A DNA stretch of 54,209 bases, the filler included, from Bipalium vagum (Eukaryota), in the NCBI GenBank assembly GCA_037834085.1. It is 3 parts of 3 records of this genome, joined end to end, with 100 filler letters (N's around TTAATTAATTAA, not from the genome) between each part and the next. Parts side by side here need not be neighbours in the genome. Positions count along the whole stretch, not along the records: positions 35,707 to 54,209 come from JBBMKC010027093.1; 2 more parts are not named here. One strand, written 5' to 3'. Made by a program: the position numbers and the translations under genes. Positions within the stretch are counted from its first letter, which is position 1. Each line of letters starts with the position of its first letter. The notes beneath the pieces are model-generated. The model ran no database searches. It was not told the DNA's origin and saw only the letters and a list, made by a program, of their open reading frames with translations. This document shows, piece by piece, positions 42,941-54,209 of this stretch.

Positions 42941-44161
42941 TTAGGTGTACAACTATGACTCCGGCTTTGTTTAATAAGAAAACAAAGACATTTATTTCAA
43001 ATTTTATTTTAAAACATTTATTAAACATCCATTGGCTACAACCTTTGCCCACCTTTCAGGTAATGAATGAATTCCATTAAAGAAAAAATCTGGCTCTTTT
43101 GATGAAATCCAGCTGTCAATCCAATTTTAGAGGTCTTCAATGGAATGGATTGCAAAGAGCGGAACAAATGGTAATCCGAAGGAGCGATATCTGGTGAATA
43201 GGGCGGGTGAGGTAAGATTTCTCAATTTGTACCTTCTAAGTAATTGCTTACAACTGATCTTATCTTTTCGTGTCTAGTCACCCATTCCAGTCATTTTTCA
43301 TTCAAAGCTTGCTTCAAACGAATTAATTGTGACCGAAAAAGTTAACCAATTAGTGTTTGAGAAAATTTTAAGAATTCATAATATATCACTCCTTTCTGAT
43401 CCCACCAGATACACATCATAACTTTCAAACCGTGGACATTTTGTTTCGGTGTTGATTGACCGGTTTCACCTGGCATCACCAAAGCTGCTTTGCGTTTTGG
43501 ATTGTCATAACGAATCCATTTTTCGTCTACTGTGATAATTCGATGCAAAAAACTTTTCCTTTTTTTGTCTCTGAAGAAGGACATCACAAATTGTTTTCGC
43601 CGTTCAATGCATCTTTCTGTCAATTCATGTTGGATCCAAATTCCTAATTTTCGATTAATTCCTAAAGCTGCCAGACGTTTTGAAATGCATTTTTGAGTCA
43701 CATTTAATGCGACAGGCAGATCAGATTGTGTTTGGCATGGGTCTTCGTCCAACAGCCTTCTCAAATCTGTATTTTCACATTGTCTTTGTGGTTTTCCATG
43801 ATCCTTGTCGTTCGTATCATACTGGCCATTTCTAAAACGGCAAAACCAATCTTTACATGTGGTCATCGAAGGAGCATGTTCTCCATAGGTATCTCGAAGC
43901 AAGCGATACGTGTCTGTTTCAATTTTCTTGGTAATAAAGTAATGTATAATTGCCGCAAATGATATTTTTTGGGATGAATATTGACATTTTGAATCGCTAT
44001 AATATTTAAACAAGGAATATTAGAAAAAACTGTTTCGTGATATTATTAATTATATGATATTTTTGTTTATAAATCAATTCAATAAAATTTAGATATATAT
44101 ATGCAAACAAAATTTTTATGATCATTTTAAAAAAAAGCCGCAGTCATAGTTGTACACCTAA
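42941..44161 (-). mobile_element. mariner (Mos1/mauritiana-like), near full length, pseudogenised
   Basis: 28-bp TIR TTAGGTGTACAACTATGACT(C/G)CGGCTTT at both ends. ORF 43342..44013 has YGEHAPSMTTCKDWFCRFRNGQYDTNDKDHGKP..RIITVDEKWIRYDNP..VMMCIWWDQKGVIYYE. Downstream is HPPYSPDIAPSDYHLFR, while the HDNARPH block appears deleted. Confidence 0.96.
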
Positions 44162-44394
44162 TAAATACTAAAAAAAGACATAAAATTTTAATAGCATTAA
44201 ATTACTTTATTTAAACAATAGCATTTAAGGTGCTATTTATTCTAAATATTAACCAATATCACTTCGTCTTCTAGAGAATTCTTTTATTTGCCTTTATTAT
44301 TGGTAAAGAAGTTTTCAAATTTTTTACTTATTAACAAAGGGGTGAACTATTTTCTTTATATAAATGAAAATTATTTATCCCTCTTCAAATATGA

Positions 44395-44505
44395 TTTTCA
44401 ATGATTATAATAAGTGTATGAAAAAATATTTTCAATGATTATAATAAATGTATGAAAAAATATTTTCAATGATTATAATAAGTGTATGAAAAAATATTTT
44501 CAATG
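44395..44505. repeat. 34-nt minisatellite, about 3.3 copies
   Basis: TTTTCAATGATTATAATAA(G/A)TGTATGAAAAAATA at 44395, 44429 and 44463, plus a partial copy at 44497. Confidence 0.92.
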
Positions 44506-46839
44506 TAGAATGAACAACGCAAACTTACAAAATTATATTTTTATTGGTTTTAGGGAAAAAAGTTTGATTTCAATAAAAATAATAGTTTTTTCATTCATGA
44601 TAAAATAAAAAGTTTAAGGGTTCCAGTTAATAATTCATAATATCCTTTAAATCAAATACCATTTGAAAAAGTTAAAAATAATAGAACATATTCAAGCTAG
44701 TAAATATTTTAATACAAATCCACAATTAAGTTTATTAGAATTTAAAAATTTATATTTCTTCTATTTAAAAGATCAACCTGAAATTATTGTTTAAATGAAG
44801 CTATAGTAACTTCACTAACTTTAGTAAATTTTATAGGAAAAAAAACGTTTTTTTTATTACAAGAACAATTTTTGGAATTAAAAATAAGAGGAGGAAAAAT
44901 GTTTAATATTGAAACTAGACCAAAAAAGTAATTTCTAAAGTATTTTTATAATTTATATTTTATATATTTTCTTTAAAAAATACAAAAAATATAAGACTAA
45001 AAAAAGTTATTTTCTTTTCAAAAATGAATTCAAACTATTGTGATATTTGTGAAATCGTGCAGATTTAATAACTCGTGAAAAATCTAAAAATTATTGTTGG
45101 GGTTGAACACCGAAAAAGTTATTACTTGTTTAGTTGTTAAAAGATAATTTCGGCTCACGAACTCCGGTTTGAAGGAAGTATATATAATAGGAGAACTTTA
45201 ACTAAAATAACTATGAGAAAAAATTATTTTTTAATATATGTATTTTGATATACATAAACTTTTTTACAATAAAATTCTTTGTTAATTATTATTATTATTA
45301 CTTATATTTATATCCTCTTGATTAGGAAAAATCGAAGAGGTTCTGTGTTTGGAAAAAATCGTACTCTTAATCTTCGAGGTTCGTAGAGTAGCGTTGCCAG
45401 AGAACAATAAAAAAGAAATTAGAAAATTTATTTTAAAAATCAATAATGTAAAGGCTATGCTTTAATTATCGAATTTTTTATTTATGAATTTCTTGATAGA
45501 TTACGAATTCAATTATATATTGATAATTCGTTTTTTATTTCAAATTTAATTAGAAAATTTTTACTTTTTTAAATGTATTTTTTATGTAAATTTCTATTTT
45601 TTTATGCGACTTTATTGCTGAAAACAGGGGTTTATACAGTGCCTTTTCAGGTCTTAAGTCTTTAATTGATCATCTATGAAATTACTAAATTTTATTAAAA
45701 TTTTTCTATTTTTTTACGATATTTACTATAATTAGACAATACTTCCTAATTCTAGTAAATTTATACTATATTTGTTTTAAGTAATTATTTATTATTTTTG
45801 GTAAGAAAAATTATGTAAATTTATTTTACTTATTTTATTTTTAAGTTTCTATTAAAAATTTAATTTGGAATATTTTTTCTTTAATTAAATATTTTTTTAT
45901 TTTTTCAGCACTTGAGTGCTGTTTATTTACTCAATCAAAAAGTCCTTAAAATTTTCTTTAGCACTTTATTTAATAATATTTTATTTCTTATTTATTTCAT
46001 GGATAAAAATTATAAATAAAGATTATATGTAATATATCACTAAAAATGTTATAATAAAAATATAACTGAATATTCACCCATGCTCACATTATAGTAATAA
46101 TATATAATTGTCACACAATTGATTATAATGTTGGCTTTCCTGGCGTCCTCTTCTACTCATTGTCTCTTGTCTGATTCAAGTTAAGTCTTGGTATGATTGA
46201 ACTTGTAGCTTCCATCATCATATAGATAAATAACTTTCAATCACCAAAAAGACATTGTGATTTTTGTGGATGTCTTTATAACATTTACGGCAAAAATAAT
46301 ACATGAGAAATATTGTTATAGTAATCCAAATAACTTAAATATTCAAACTAAAATGAATCATCAAATTGGTCATTAAAATTTAGAAAACTATAATGATAAA
46401 AAATAATATTACTGTAGAAAATAGATTTCATAATCCATTAGTTTTCATTCAGTTTTTGAACTCTTGAAGATGAAGAATTATCTGATTATCTCAACTATTT
46501 ATTAGAAACAAATAACCAACCTCATACTAAAATTAAAATTTTCAAAACTTTTTAAAGTTTATTAAAAATATAAAATAGTGATAAAAATGAAAAAATCAAA
46601 TTACTTTTTGTACTTGTGAATACTTAAGTATGCTAGTGAAGAAATGATAAGTTAAGGTCATATCCAAGTGATGATTTTGTGAAATTGTCAATTTCTTGAT
46701 TTTTATAATTTATCATTCAAATAAGTTGATGCAAAATGTATAAAGTTAGTTGTTCACAATAAGCTAAATCGGACCTTGTGCTACCGCTACCAGGATGTGT
46801 TCTACTTTGCAAATTAGACGTAGACCTACTTCTTTGCAA

Positions 46840-47640
46840 ATCAAATTTATTAAACTCTTTCACATTTTCATTTCATTTATTAAGTCGAGGTAAATCATAA
46901 GAATTAAAATAATAGCTTTTATAATATCAAATATAAAGAACTCTTTTTTGATTAATGTTTTGTTAATTAATAATTTTAAATAGAGGTTTTCAGATTTAAT
47001 TCTCTTTTCAGTAAATTCGTCTTTTATTAAAAATTTTTAAATCTTCTGCAATATCTCTTAAATCAAAATTTCACCTTAAATTAATTCTAAAAGTGGATGA
47101 GTTTTGATTATTTTATAGAGACAATTTTTGGAAATTAATATTTTTACTTTTCCCCTTTAATTATTTTTTTTCCATTGATTTCCATAATTCCTCATACATT
47201 AAACTATTTAGAATTGTATCTGTTAATATCTTTTCAAAATAAGGGTCGAAATAAAGCCAAGCTTTAGTTGTCACTTCACCCGCCTTTGGTTTTAATTCCT
47301 CCACTATCTTGTTAACATTACAGAGGAAATTTTTTTTGCGTTTCCAACCTTTTTTTATCTAATATTACCTATTCTTTTCATCATTATTTTTATGCCTCTT
47401 TTGCTTTTTTAAAACTGTTTTTAAAGCTTTTTTCTAGCAGCTCAACCAGCTGAGCCTAAACCTCCAAATATTCCTAGAAGAAATGGAATTAATGATAAAA
47501 TTTCACCTTTTTTTTCTTTCATTTCCTCTTTTATATCATAATTATCTTTTTACTTAAATAATACTTTACTATTAAAAGTTATGTATTTCGACTTTACCAC
47601 ATCTATAATATTTTTAAACTTTTTATATAAAAAAAATTTA
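46840..47640 (-). mobile_element. Polinton/Maverick remnant: pX-like ORF followed by adenain-like protease fragment
   Basis: The minus strand gives MKEKKGEILSLIPFLLGIFGGLGSAG*AA, then KTHPLLELI, NFDLRDIAEDLKIF and YYFNSYDLP (cf. the protease motif YFDSYGLPP). 47520-47620 aligns with 25535-25620. Confidence 0.72.
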
Positions 47641-48249
47641 AAAGTTTTTTTTATATTGCAATGAATAATGTAGATATGTGTACTTTTCCATTATCTTGAA
47701 AGTAATATTTGACATTAATTTTTATTTTTCAGTTTTTTCAAATTATTTTATAAAGCAATAATTAAAATTTCTTTATGCAATAAATTAAACAAAATATTTT
47801 TAATAGATTTTTGTGTGAAAATTAATAATGTTTAAAAAGGAAAAACTAATAGAGCGGTTAGAAAAAATTTTTTAAAAATTAATAATGTTGTTCAACTTTC
47901 TATATATTTTTTTTATAAAAATGCTTTTTCTTATAAAAAAAAGGACATAAACGTATGTCAGTAGAAGACAGTTGGAAAGAAAATAAAGAATTTTGAGTAT
48001 ATTCAAAATTATTTTTTATAATAATTGAAAATTCTTATATTGTGATGCGAACCATGATCTAATCTTGGCAATTTAGCTTCGCGGTTGTCAAGATTAGAAC
48101 ATTTTTAGAAAATAATAAATTACTTTTTAAAATTAAGTTTGCACTTTTTAATTTATTATTATTTGATTCTGTTTGTTTGTTGATTTTGCCTTATGATCTC
48201 ATGGTGCAGTATTCAAGCTAAACGGGTATATTAACAGGCACAACTTGCT

Positions 48250-48891
48250 TTACTTGAGAAGCAGAAATACTCACAAAATCATCGAAAGGAAAGTAAATCT
48301 TCCAGGAGTAACAATCTGGTGCGTCATTTCTTCTCATGGAATTATGGGCCATACTTCTTTAATGGTACTGTGTCAGGTTCGTCTTACCTTGACATGCTTC
48401 TGAATGGCTGTGGCCTCAGAGTAAGTCGAGAATAAAATGTGGTGAGCGAATCTTTTTTCAGCACGACAGAGCAACTCCATATTTTGCAATGAGGGTGCGA
48501 GACTATTTAAAGGTAAAGCTTCGAGCTTCGTGGATTGGAAGACGGGGTTGGATGGAGTGGCCACTGAGTTCGCCTGATCTTACCCCTTCGGACTTTTATC
48601 TTTGCGGAACCTTGACGGACTTGGTGTACAACAGAAAGCCTCAAACAATTGAAGAATTGACTTAAGCAATCAAAGATGGTGAAAATCCAATTGACAATGA
48701 GTTTTGCAAAATGGTGTGTAAGTCGGTACCTTCAAGGCTGCAGAAATGTGTGGAAAAAAATGGTGCTCATTTCGAAAGCTAATTTACTATTCAAACATTA
48801 ATAGTGATATTTTTGTTGTGGTGGAATAAAAAAATAATATTATACAAGTCTATTTTATTTTAAAATTTTGCGTTACTTTTGACACACTCTG
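48250..48891 (+). mobile_element. Tc1/mariner DD41D (rosa/VS-type) 3' fragment
   Basis: FQHDRATPYFAMRVRDYL...WIGRRGWMEWPLSSPDLTPSDFYLCG has 41 residues between the last two catalytic Asp. C-terminus RLQKCVEKNGAHFE. Right end ...TTTTGACACACTCTG|TA. Confidence 0.9.
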
Positions 48892-49886
48892 TAGGTCTCT
48901 ATTTATAAGGTTGTTCTTCAGAAGCTTAAATTTTTCGGTATAAGAGTTTGACCAGTGATAGTGTCTAATTATGTAACTACTCTTATATCAACAAGAAATT
49001 AAGTATGTTTTTCTTAAACTCTGTGAGATAACGGAATCAAATAGTTAAGGTCTGTGTATACATAGGCTCTCCTAATCTTGTCATTTGCTCCAAAAATTCA
49101 TAGAAAATCCATTATTTTTCTAAATAACCTTAATACTGTTTCGAATATGATTAATTACTAACGTTGTCAGTTTATTAAATTAAATAATAAATCAATGACG
49201 ATATTTTGGCATTAAACAAATACCTAAGATAATTCTCCCCATGATTTATTTGTACAATCATTATTAAAGTCAATTACTCTTAAACATAAATAAAAACTTA
49301 GCCAGATATCAAAATTAATAATAAAGAAGTTTAGAAATTATTTTAACTACAATTTAGAAGATTATTTCCTGTCCACTAGTAGAATAAATATATTAAACTT
49401 AAAACTCTACCTGGTGAATTTAAATCTCTCATTAAACATTTACCAAATCGATTTCTAATAACAATAACGGATTGTATGCACACAAAACACAATTTCTATT
49501 GTCTGAAAAAATAAATAACAAGCAGTAACTGATAACGGTCTAAACAAATTTAAAAGTTGGTGAGATAGCAAAAATGGACCTATCTTTAAATAAAATGATC
49601 ACAATGAGAAAATAATTTCAAACTGAAAACAATGAATTTAAAAAATATTGATAAAATAATTTCAACGATTTTAAAAATCCGATAATTTATTAATGAATCT
49701 AAATATGAATTTATTTTTATACCACAGGATTTTAATACAAGTAAATCAATTAACCAAATAATAATAATACATGGTAACGACGACCCAATGGATTAATATT
49801 TGATATATCTCTGTAATGGAGAGAAATACACACACAGCACACAAAACAACAGATCCACGAACGAAAATTCCAGTGTACACTGGCGT

Positions 49887-52800
49887 CTAGGCAATTTCAT
49901 CGCTACAATAGGGAACCACGTCTTTCAGCGGGAACAATTTCAGAATTCCACTGGCCAAATTCGTGACGGCCTCTCCGTTTTCGACTGACAAGCACTTTCC
50001 GTAAAGCTGATTGTTCATCGAGGTCGGATCGAAATAGATGACGTTACTACCCGACTCCGGTTCCTTTCGGAACACGTTGTTGATCCCAACATTTATGATT
50101 CGCTTTTCATCGACTAAGTTGACACTGACCATTCCGTTTCGTTCGCCTTGAATGACGGCTTTTTTGATTGCGTTCTCGGGGGTCGAAATCAACACCTCAA
50201 CGTTCTTCACCAAATGTGCTCGTGGTAACGGTTCCAAGTTACCGTAATCTTCTGGATGCGTGTTGTCATGAGAACTCGAATACCCGGGACTGGCAGGTGT
50301 AAAAACGTAATAGGGATCCATTGTCGGCGTTTGCGGATAGTGTCCTCCCGGCGACTGAGGTGGTGTCGTATTGATTTTCGAATACCAATTTCCAACGTCA
50401 CTGTCCTCGTCATCTATATCGTTGTTCTGACGACTGCTGCTCATGTAGGCCGGCGTCTTGGCTGCGTCCTGCTCGTCGTTGAACAAATCGTCCGACCCAC
50501 TGAAGTGGTGCGACGGCGTGGCCGCAACAGGGTCAAAGGCACCAGCCCTCGGCGTATCGGAGCCAGACAAGCGGGGTGTGTGCGAAGACGAACCTCCAGC
50601 TTGCGGCGTTCGACTGCCATCACCGTATCGGTTGAATGGTGTTGTAGCCCCGTACATTGGCGTCTGGGAGCCATAGTTGGGCGTCTTACCTCCGAACATT
50701 GACGAAGCTCCGGTGTAATTCGATTTGAATGGCGTTCCAAATGCAGAATCAACCATTTGGCCGTCGCTGTTGCAGATTCGAAAGTTCTCCTTCGATACCT
50801 TGACAGATTTGAACTCCGAGTGCAACTCGATTGTGGCCGCGTCCAATTTTAGGTCCTTAATGATGCCAATCTTGCCCTTGAGCGGTCCCTTGATAATGCG
50901 GACCGAGGAGCCAATGAACTTTTTCTCATTTCTCAAACCGTTAGGCGTTTTGAAAGTCGGCTTCGAATTGTGCCCATTTTCCTCTTTGCCATGAATACGG
51001 GGACTTTGTGGTACTGAATTAAAAGAAGAACCACCGTTGACATGAGGTTTTGACATGATCACGGAGCCCTTCTTAGCAACATGTGTGCCTCTCGTTGCCA
51101 TAAGACCACGGTTCTCGGCGAATTGATTATTATAAATGAACACAAATCCTTTCCATACGTGTCGAATCTCCCCATGCTTACCGGTATTGTTCCCCGACAC
51201 AATATCGACCATGTCTTTGTTGCGAATCTCTTGCTTGTTGCCGTCCAATGTCACAGATTTGATGTTGTTCTTCTTGGAAAAGGACGAGCTGATTTCCAAC
51301 ATGATCTCCTTGTTCATATTGGTCAATACTTTCATCATTGATTTTTGGAATTGAATTATCACGCCCACAGTCTTTGGATCGATTTGGATCAGATCGCCAA
51401 TGAGAAACTTGTTACTAACTGGGGCCTCATTGGCAAAGCTGGCGGCCGATGTCAGATCCATTGGTTTGACCTTGAATTGATTAATGTTGTTATCGCTCAG
51501 AACGACAACGGTATTAATGTCGCTGTCGACAACGATTCCTGTTTCACCCTCGTATTGGCCGTTCAGAACGCGCACATGATTACCAACATTGAAATACCGA
51601 CGGAGCTCATCGGGCCGAAAGGACATGTTCTGATTCAACTCGTTGGCATACATGACAATGTTCTTGTTATCAATCGAGACGACTTTACCGCGTAGCTCCT
51701 TTAGCGAGCCCGCAACTACAACCACTTGGTCCCCAATATTGAACGTCTGGTCAACGCTCTCCAAACCTCTCTTAACCTGCTTGGCCACCTCTAGGTTGTT
51801 AATGTTCTCGTTGAAGTTCTCGATCTCCTGCATGTCCGGCTTAACACCGTGTACGTCAATAAAGTTCATCTTGAAGTCCTTGTACAAGAAGCCCTGCTCA
51901 TCGAAATCGTTTTTGCGGAACGAGTAATATTTGCCGTTCTTGGTCACGTCCAGACCCAGCTCAGCGATCTTTTTCCGATTGAACAGCGCAGCAATCGGCT
52001 TGACGAAGAACCGTTGTCTGGTGAACTTGGCCTTGTCCTTGGTCAGCTGTTTGTAGTCGATTCGTGGGATCAGCTGCACCATGACCGAGTTTTGGCCCTC
52101 GTCAATCGATATCACCTTTGCTAGGTCCCCACGATACAGGCCTTTGTTGATTCTGACCCACTGACCGCGCTCTAGCTTCTTAAACGCTTTCAGGACCTTC
52201 ATAATCTCCGTCATCTCGGAAATCGGGATCATTTTGATACTGGATTTCCCGTGGGAAATCGATTTTATATCCTCTGCTGCCGTTTTGACGTGCGTTTCTT
52301 TGTATGCTTCCATGTAAATGTAACCCTTGACGCTGTCTTTACTGAATACACTCAGGACGTTCAATGGTCTGTTGGTCATTCTTAAAATGTTGAATTTATG
52401 CATCAATTTCAGTACGGTATTCTTTTCTTCGCCGTCGAAACACTTGATTTGCCATAAATTTGCATCTTTGACTCCCGGCAAACAGCTTTGTTGAGTGATA
52501 ATGTTTGCCATTGCATTTCCCGTACCGAACTCATCGTCGCGATCCATTTCGTATTTTTGGCGATAATGTTCTTCGATTTCTTCTTCGTTCTCCAAATTCA
52601 AGCTACTTTGTCTAGCTCGATTGTCATATTTAACGTATTGCATAGCATCTTGAGCTTCAGCAACTTCATCTGGATGATCTATCATGTCATCGTAATTATT
52701 GTCTTCATCATAATCATCATCTTCTTCATCATCATCGTCAACCGCTGCTTCATCAAGAATATAGTTCTGTGCATTTATTAAAAAATTAAAACTTATTTTT

Positions 52801-52939
52801 GGTCACTTACTCCAATGTCTTTCCTTCTTTTGGCATATTTACTTTCCTCTTCGTCATATTCTTCATCAGATTCATCAATACGTCTTTTTTTATTTCTGCT
52901 TTTTTCGGGAACTATTTCATTATCTGATGAATCAGACAT
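49887..52939 (-). CDS. SUPT5H: Transcription elongation factor SPT5 (DSIF large subunit), about 1002 aa
   Basis: Exon 1 52939-52811 (acidic), a 44-nt GT-AG intron, and exon 2 52766-49887. Motifs YILDEAAVDD, NGN domain LPGVKDANLWQIKC..KGYIYMEAYK, several KOW motifs (WVRINKGLYRGDLA, VRIIKGPLKGKIG) and CTR repeats GGKTPNYGSQTPMYG..DGSRTP. Confidence 0.98.
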
Positions 52940-53664
52940 AATGTATATATATAAAGCTGGAAAATATTTTAATTAAAATATTTAAATATTGAAACAAACT
53001 TCGACAATTAAAACAGTTTCTCGATTTTACATTCTGTTCTCAGTATTTACTATGAAACTAATAATATTCTTTTATCTTTAATTTTTATTAACATTTATTT
53101 AAAAAGTGTTATAAATTTACTTTGAATCAAATTTAATTTTAAATGTAATTAAAGGTGGATGTAGCAGTATTATTTTTCAATTATTTTCAAAAGTAAAATA
53201 TTTTATTTTTAAAAATGTTTGTTATCAAGGAATGATTAATGCGTTAAAAATATTTAGTTAATCTTTTTAAGTTTTTTGACCTTTACTTTGACATTTATTT
53301 TAATTTATATTCTCTACCCGAAAAAATAAAATTTTCAGTTATTATCTCTAAACTAAAACAAAAAATGTTAACAATTAAGATAAAATATTTTTTATTTGAA
53401 GGTTTATTCTAAAGACTAATGCCAAAATAAGCACTTAAGTTTAATTCTAAACTAAAATTGGTTTGATTTAGATACCAGACACTAATCATTCTCATTCAAA
53501 GTCAAACATTTCAGATCAAAAATCAAGTTAATGTTTAGTATCCGAATTGACCAGATATAATTTTTCAGTTATCTAGCTGCTAATCAGAAGACTCCAATAA
53601 AAAAGGAAATGATTGTTTTTATAAAATAATATTTTTATTACAGATATCACTGAATCAATCCACT

Positions 53665-53723
53665 AGCAGTCAGAGCAGTCCATGCCCTTGTGAAGGGTCC
53701 CGAGTTTGAATCCCCGTATCTCC
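53665..53723 (+). repeat. tRNA-Ala-derived SINE-like head / pseudo-tRNA, 3' part with B box
   Basis: AGCAGTCAGAGCAGTCCATGC...GTGAAGGGTCCCGAGTTTGAATCCCCGTATCTCC has a degenerate T-arm/B box and a 3' acceptor strand ATCTCC that pairs with the GGGGAT of the 2925 copy. Confidence 0.65.
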
Positions 53724-54209
53724 GATTAATTTTAGACTAACATCTATAATTGAAGGTCTAGATTTTCCTATTTGCATTATCCTTGACATTTCATTGTATA
53801 ATTAATCTTCGTTATGCATCTGTTAAGTTTCAACCTAAAAAGATCATATAATATGAAAATGAAAATGATTATTAATATTTAATCGGGTTAAGAAGATCGA
53901 TATTGGACTCTTTAGGAACTTAACATAAAATATATGAAAATTCAGAAGGGTTTAGTGCGCGTACGTTCGAAGTTAAAATTTGAGTGAAAATAAAAATGTT
54001 GATTACTAAACTTGAAAAACCAATATCGATTATAAAACCTTTTAACTTTTAAAACAAGAAACGATGAGCTTTTAATCGATCAACTGAGACTAACAAGTTG
54101 TTTTATAAAATATATTTTAATATAAATCTAAAAACTTTATTTTTTAATACAATTTTACTTTGGAGTTAAAACCCGAGATAAAGAGTTAATAGAAAAGTCA
54201 GATCACCCT

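Noticed and set aside
44395-44505. 34-nt direct repeats (and the 47-nt repeats at 28400) as a CRISPR array
   Set aside because: Units are head-to-tail with no unique spacers, there are no cas genes, and the DNA is eukaryotic.
45040-45410. Possible Helentron/HINE end (TATATAATAGGAG) and hAT-like TAGCGTTGCCAGA end
   Set aside because: Single short motifs with no matching partner end or TSD.
49800-52781. Numerous antisense and alternative-frame ORFs over SPT5
   Set aside because: Expected from stop-codon depletion in GC3-rich coding sequence. No independent evidence.

Overview
This is AT-rich eukaryotic nuclear DNA, probably from an invertebrate animal (metazoan-type SPT5 G-S-[RQ]-T-P repeats, Tricornered-type NDR kinase). 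The exact lineage cannot be set from the sequence. It is a draft scaffold with two 100-nt gaps, each holding a TTAATTAATTAA linker. Four conserved spliced genes can be rebuilt by hand: (1) the 5' half of an NDR/STK38 kinase on the minus strand, missed by the ORF track and running off the left edge; (2) CNOT3/NOT3-5, 2 exons; (3) proteasome alpha-7/PSMA3, 5 exons; (4) SPT5, 2 exons. There is also one intronless orphan membrane-protein ORF and two tentative orphan multi-exon models. Most of the rest is decayed transposable elements: about eight DD34D mariner copies or derivatives, Tc1, IS630-like/DD37E, DD41D, pogo/Tigger, a Merlin element with an intact 8-bp TSD, a hAT end, Ty3/Gypsy gag-pro and integrase fragments, tRNA-Ala-derived SINE-like heads, and scattered Polinton/Maverick (adintovirus-like) pieces (pPolB, integrase, pX-like core protein, adenain protease). 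I found no intact novel multi-gene system. The best leads are the strong 5'->3' GC rise with 5'-only introns in CNOT3 and SPT5, the fossil Polinton modules, a near-perfect 106-bp foldback, the tRNA-Ala-derived repeat with a possibly extended stem, and the orphan and micro-exon gene candidates.
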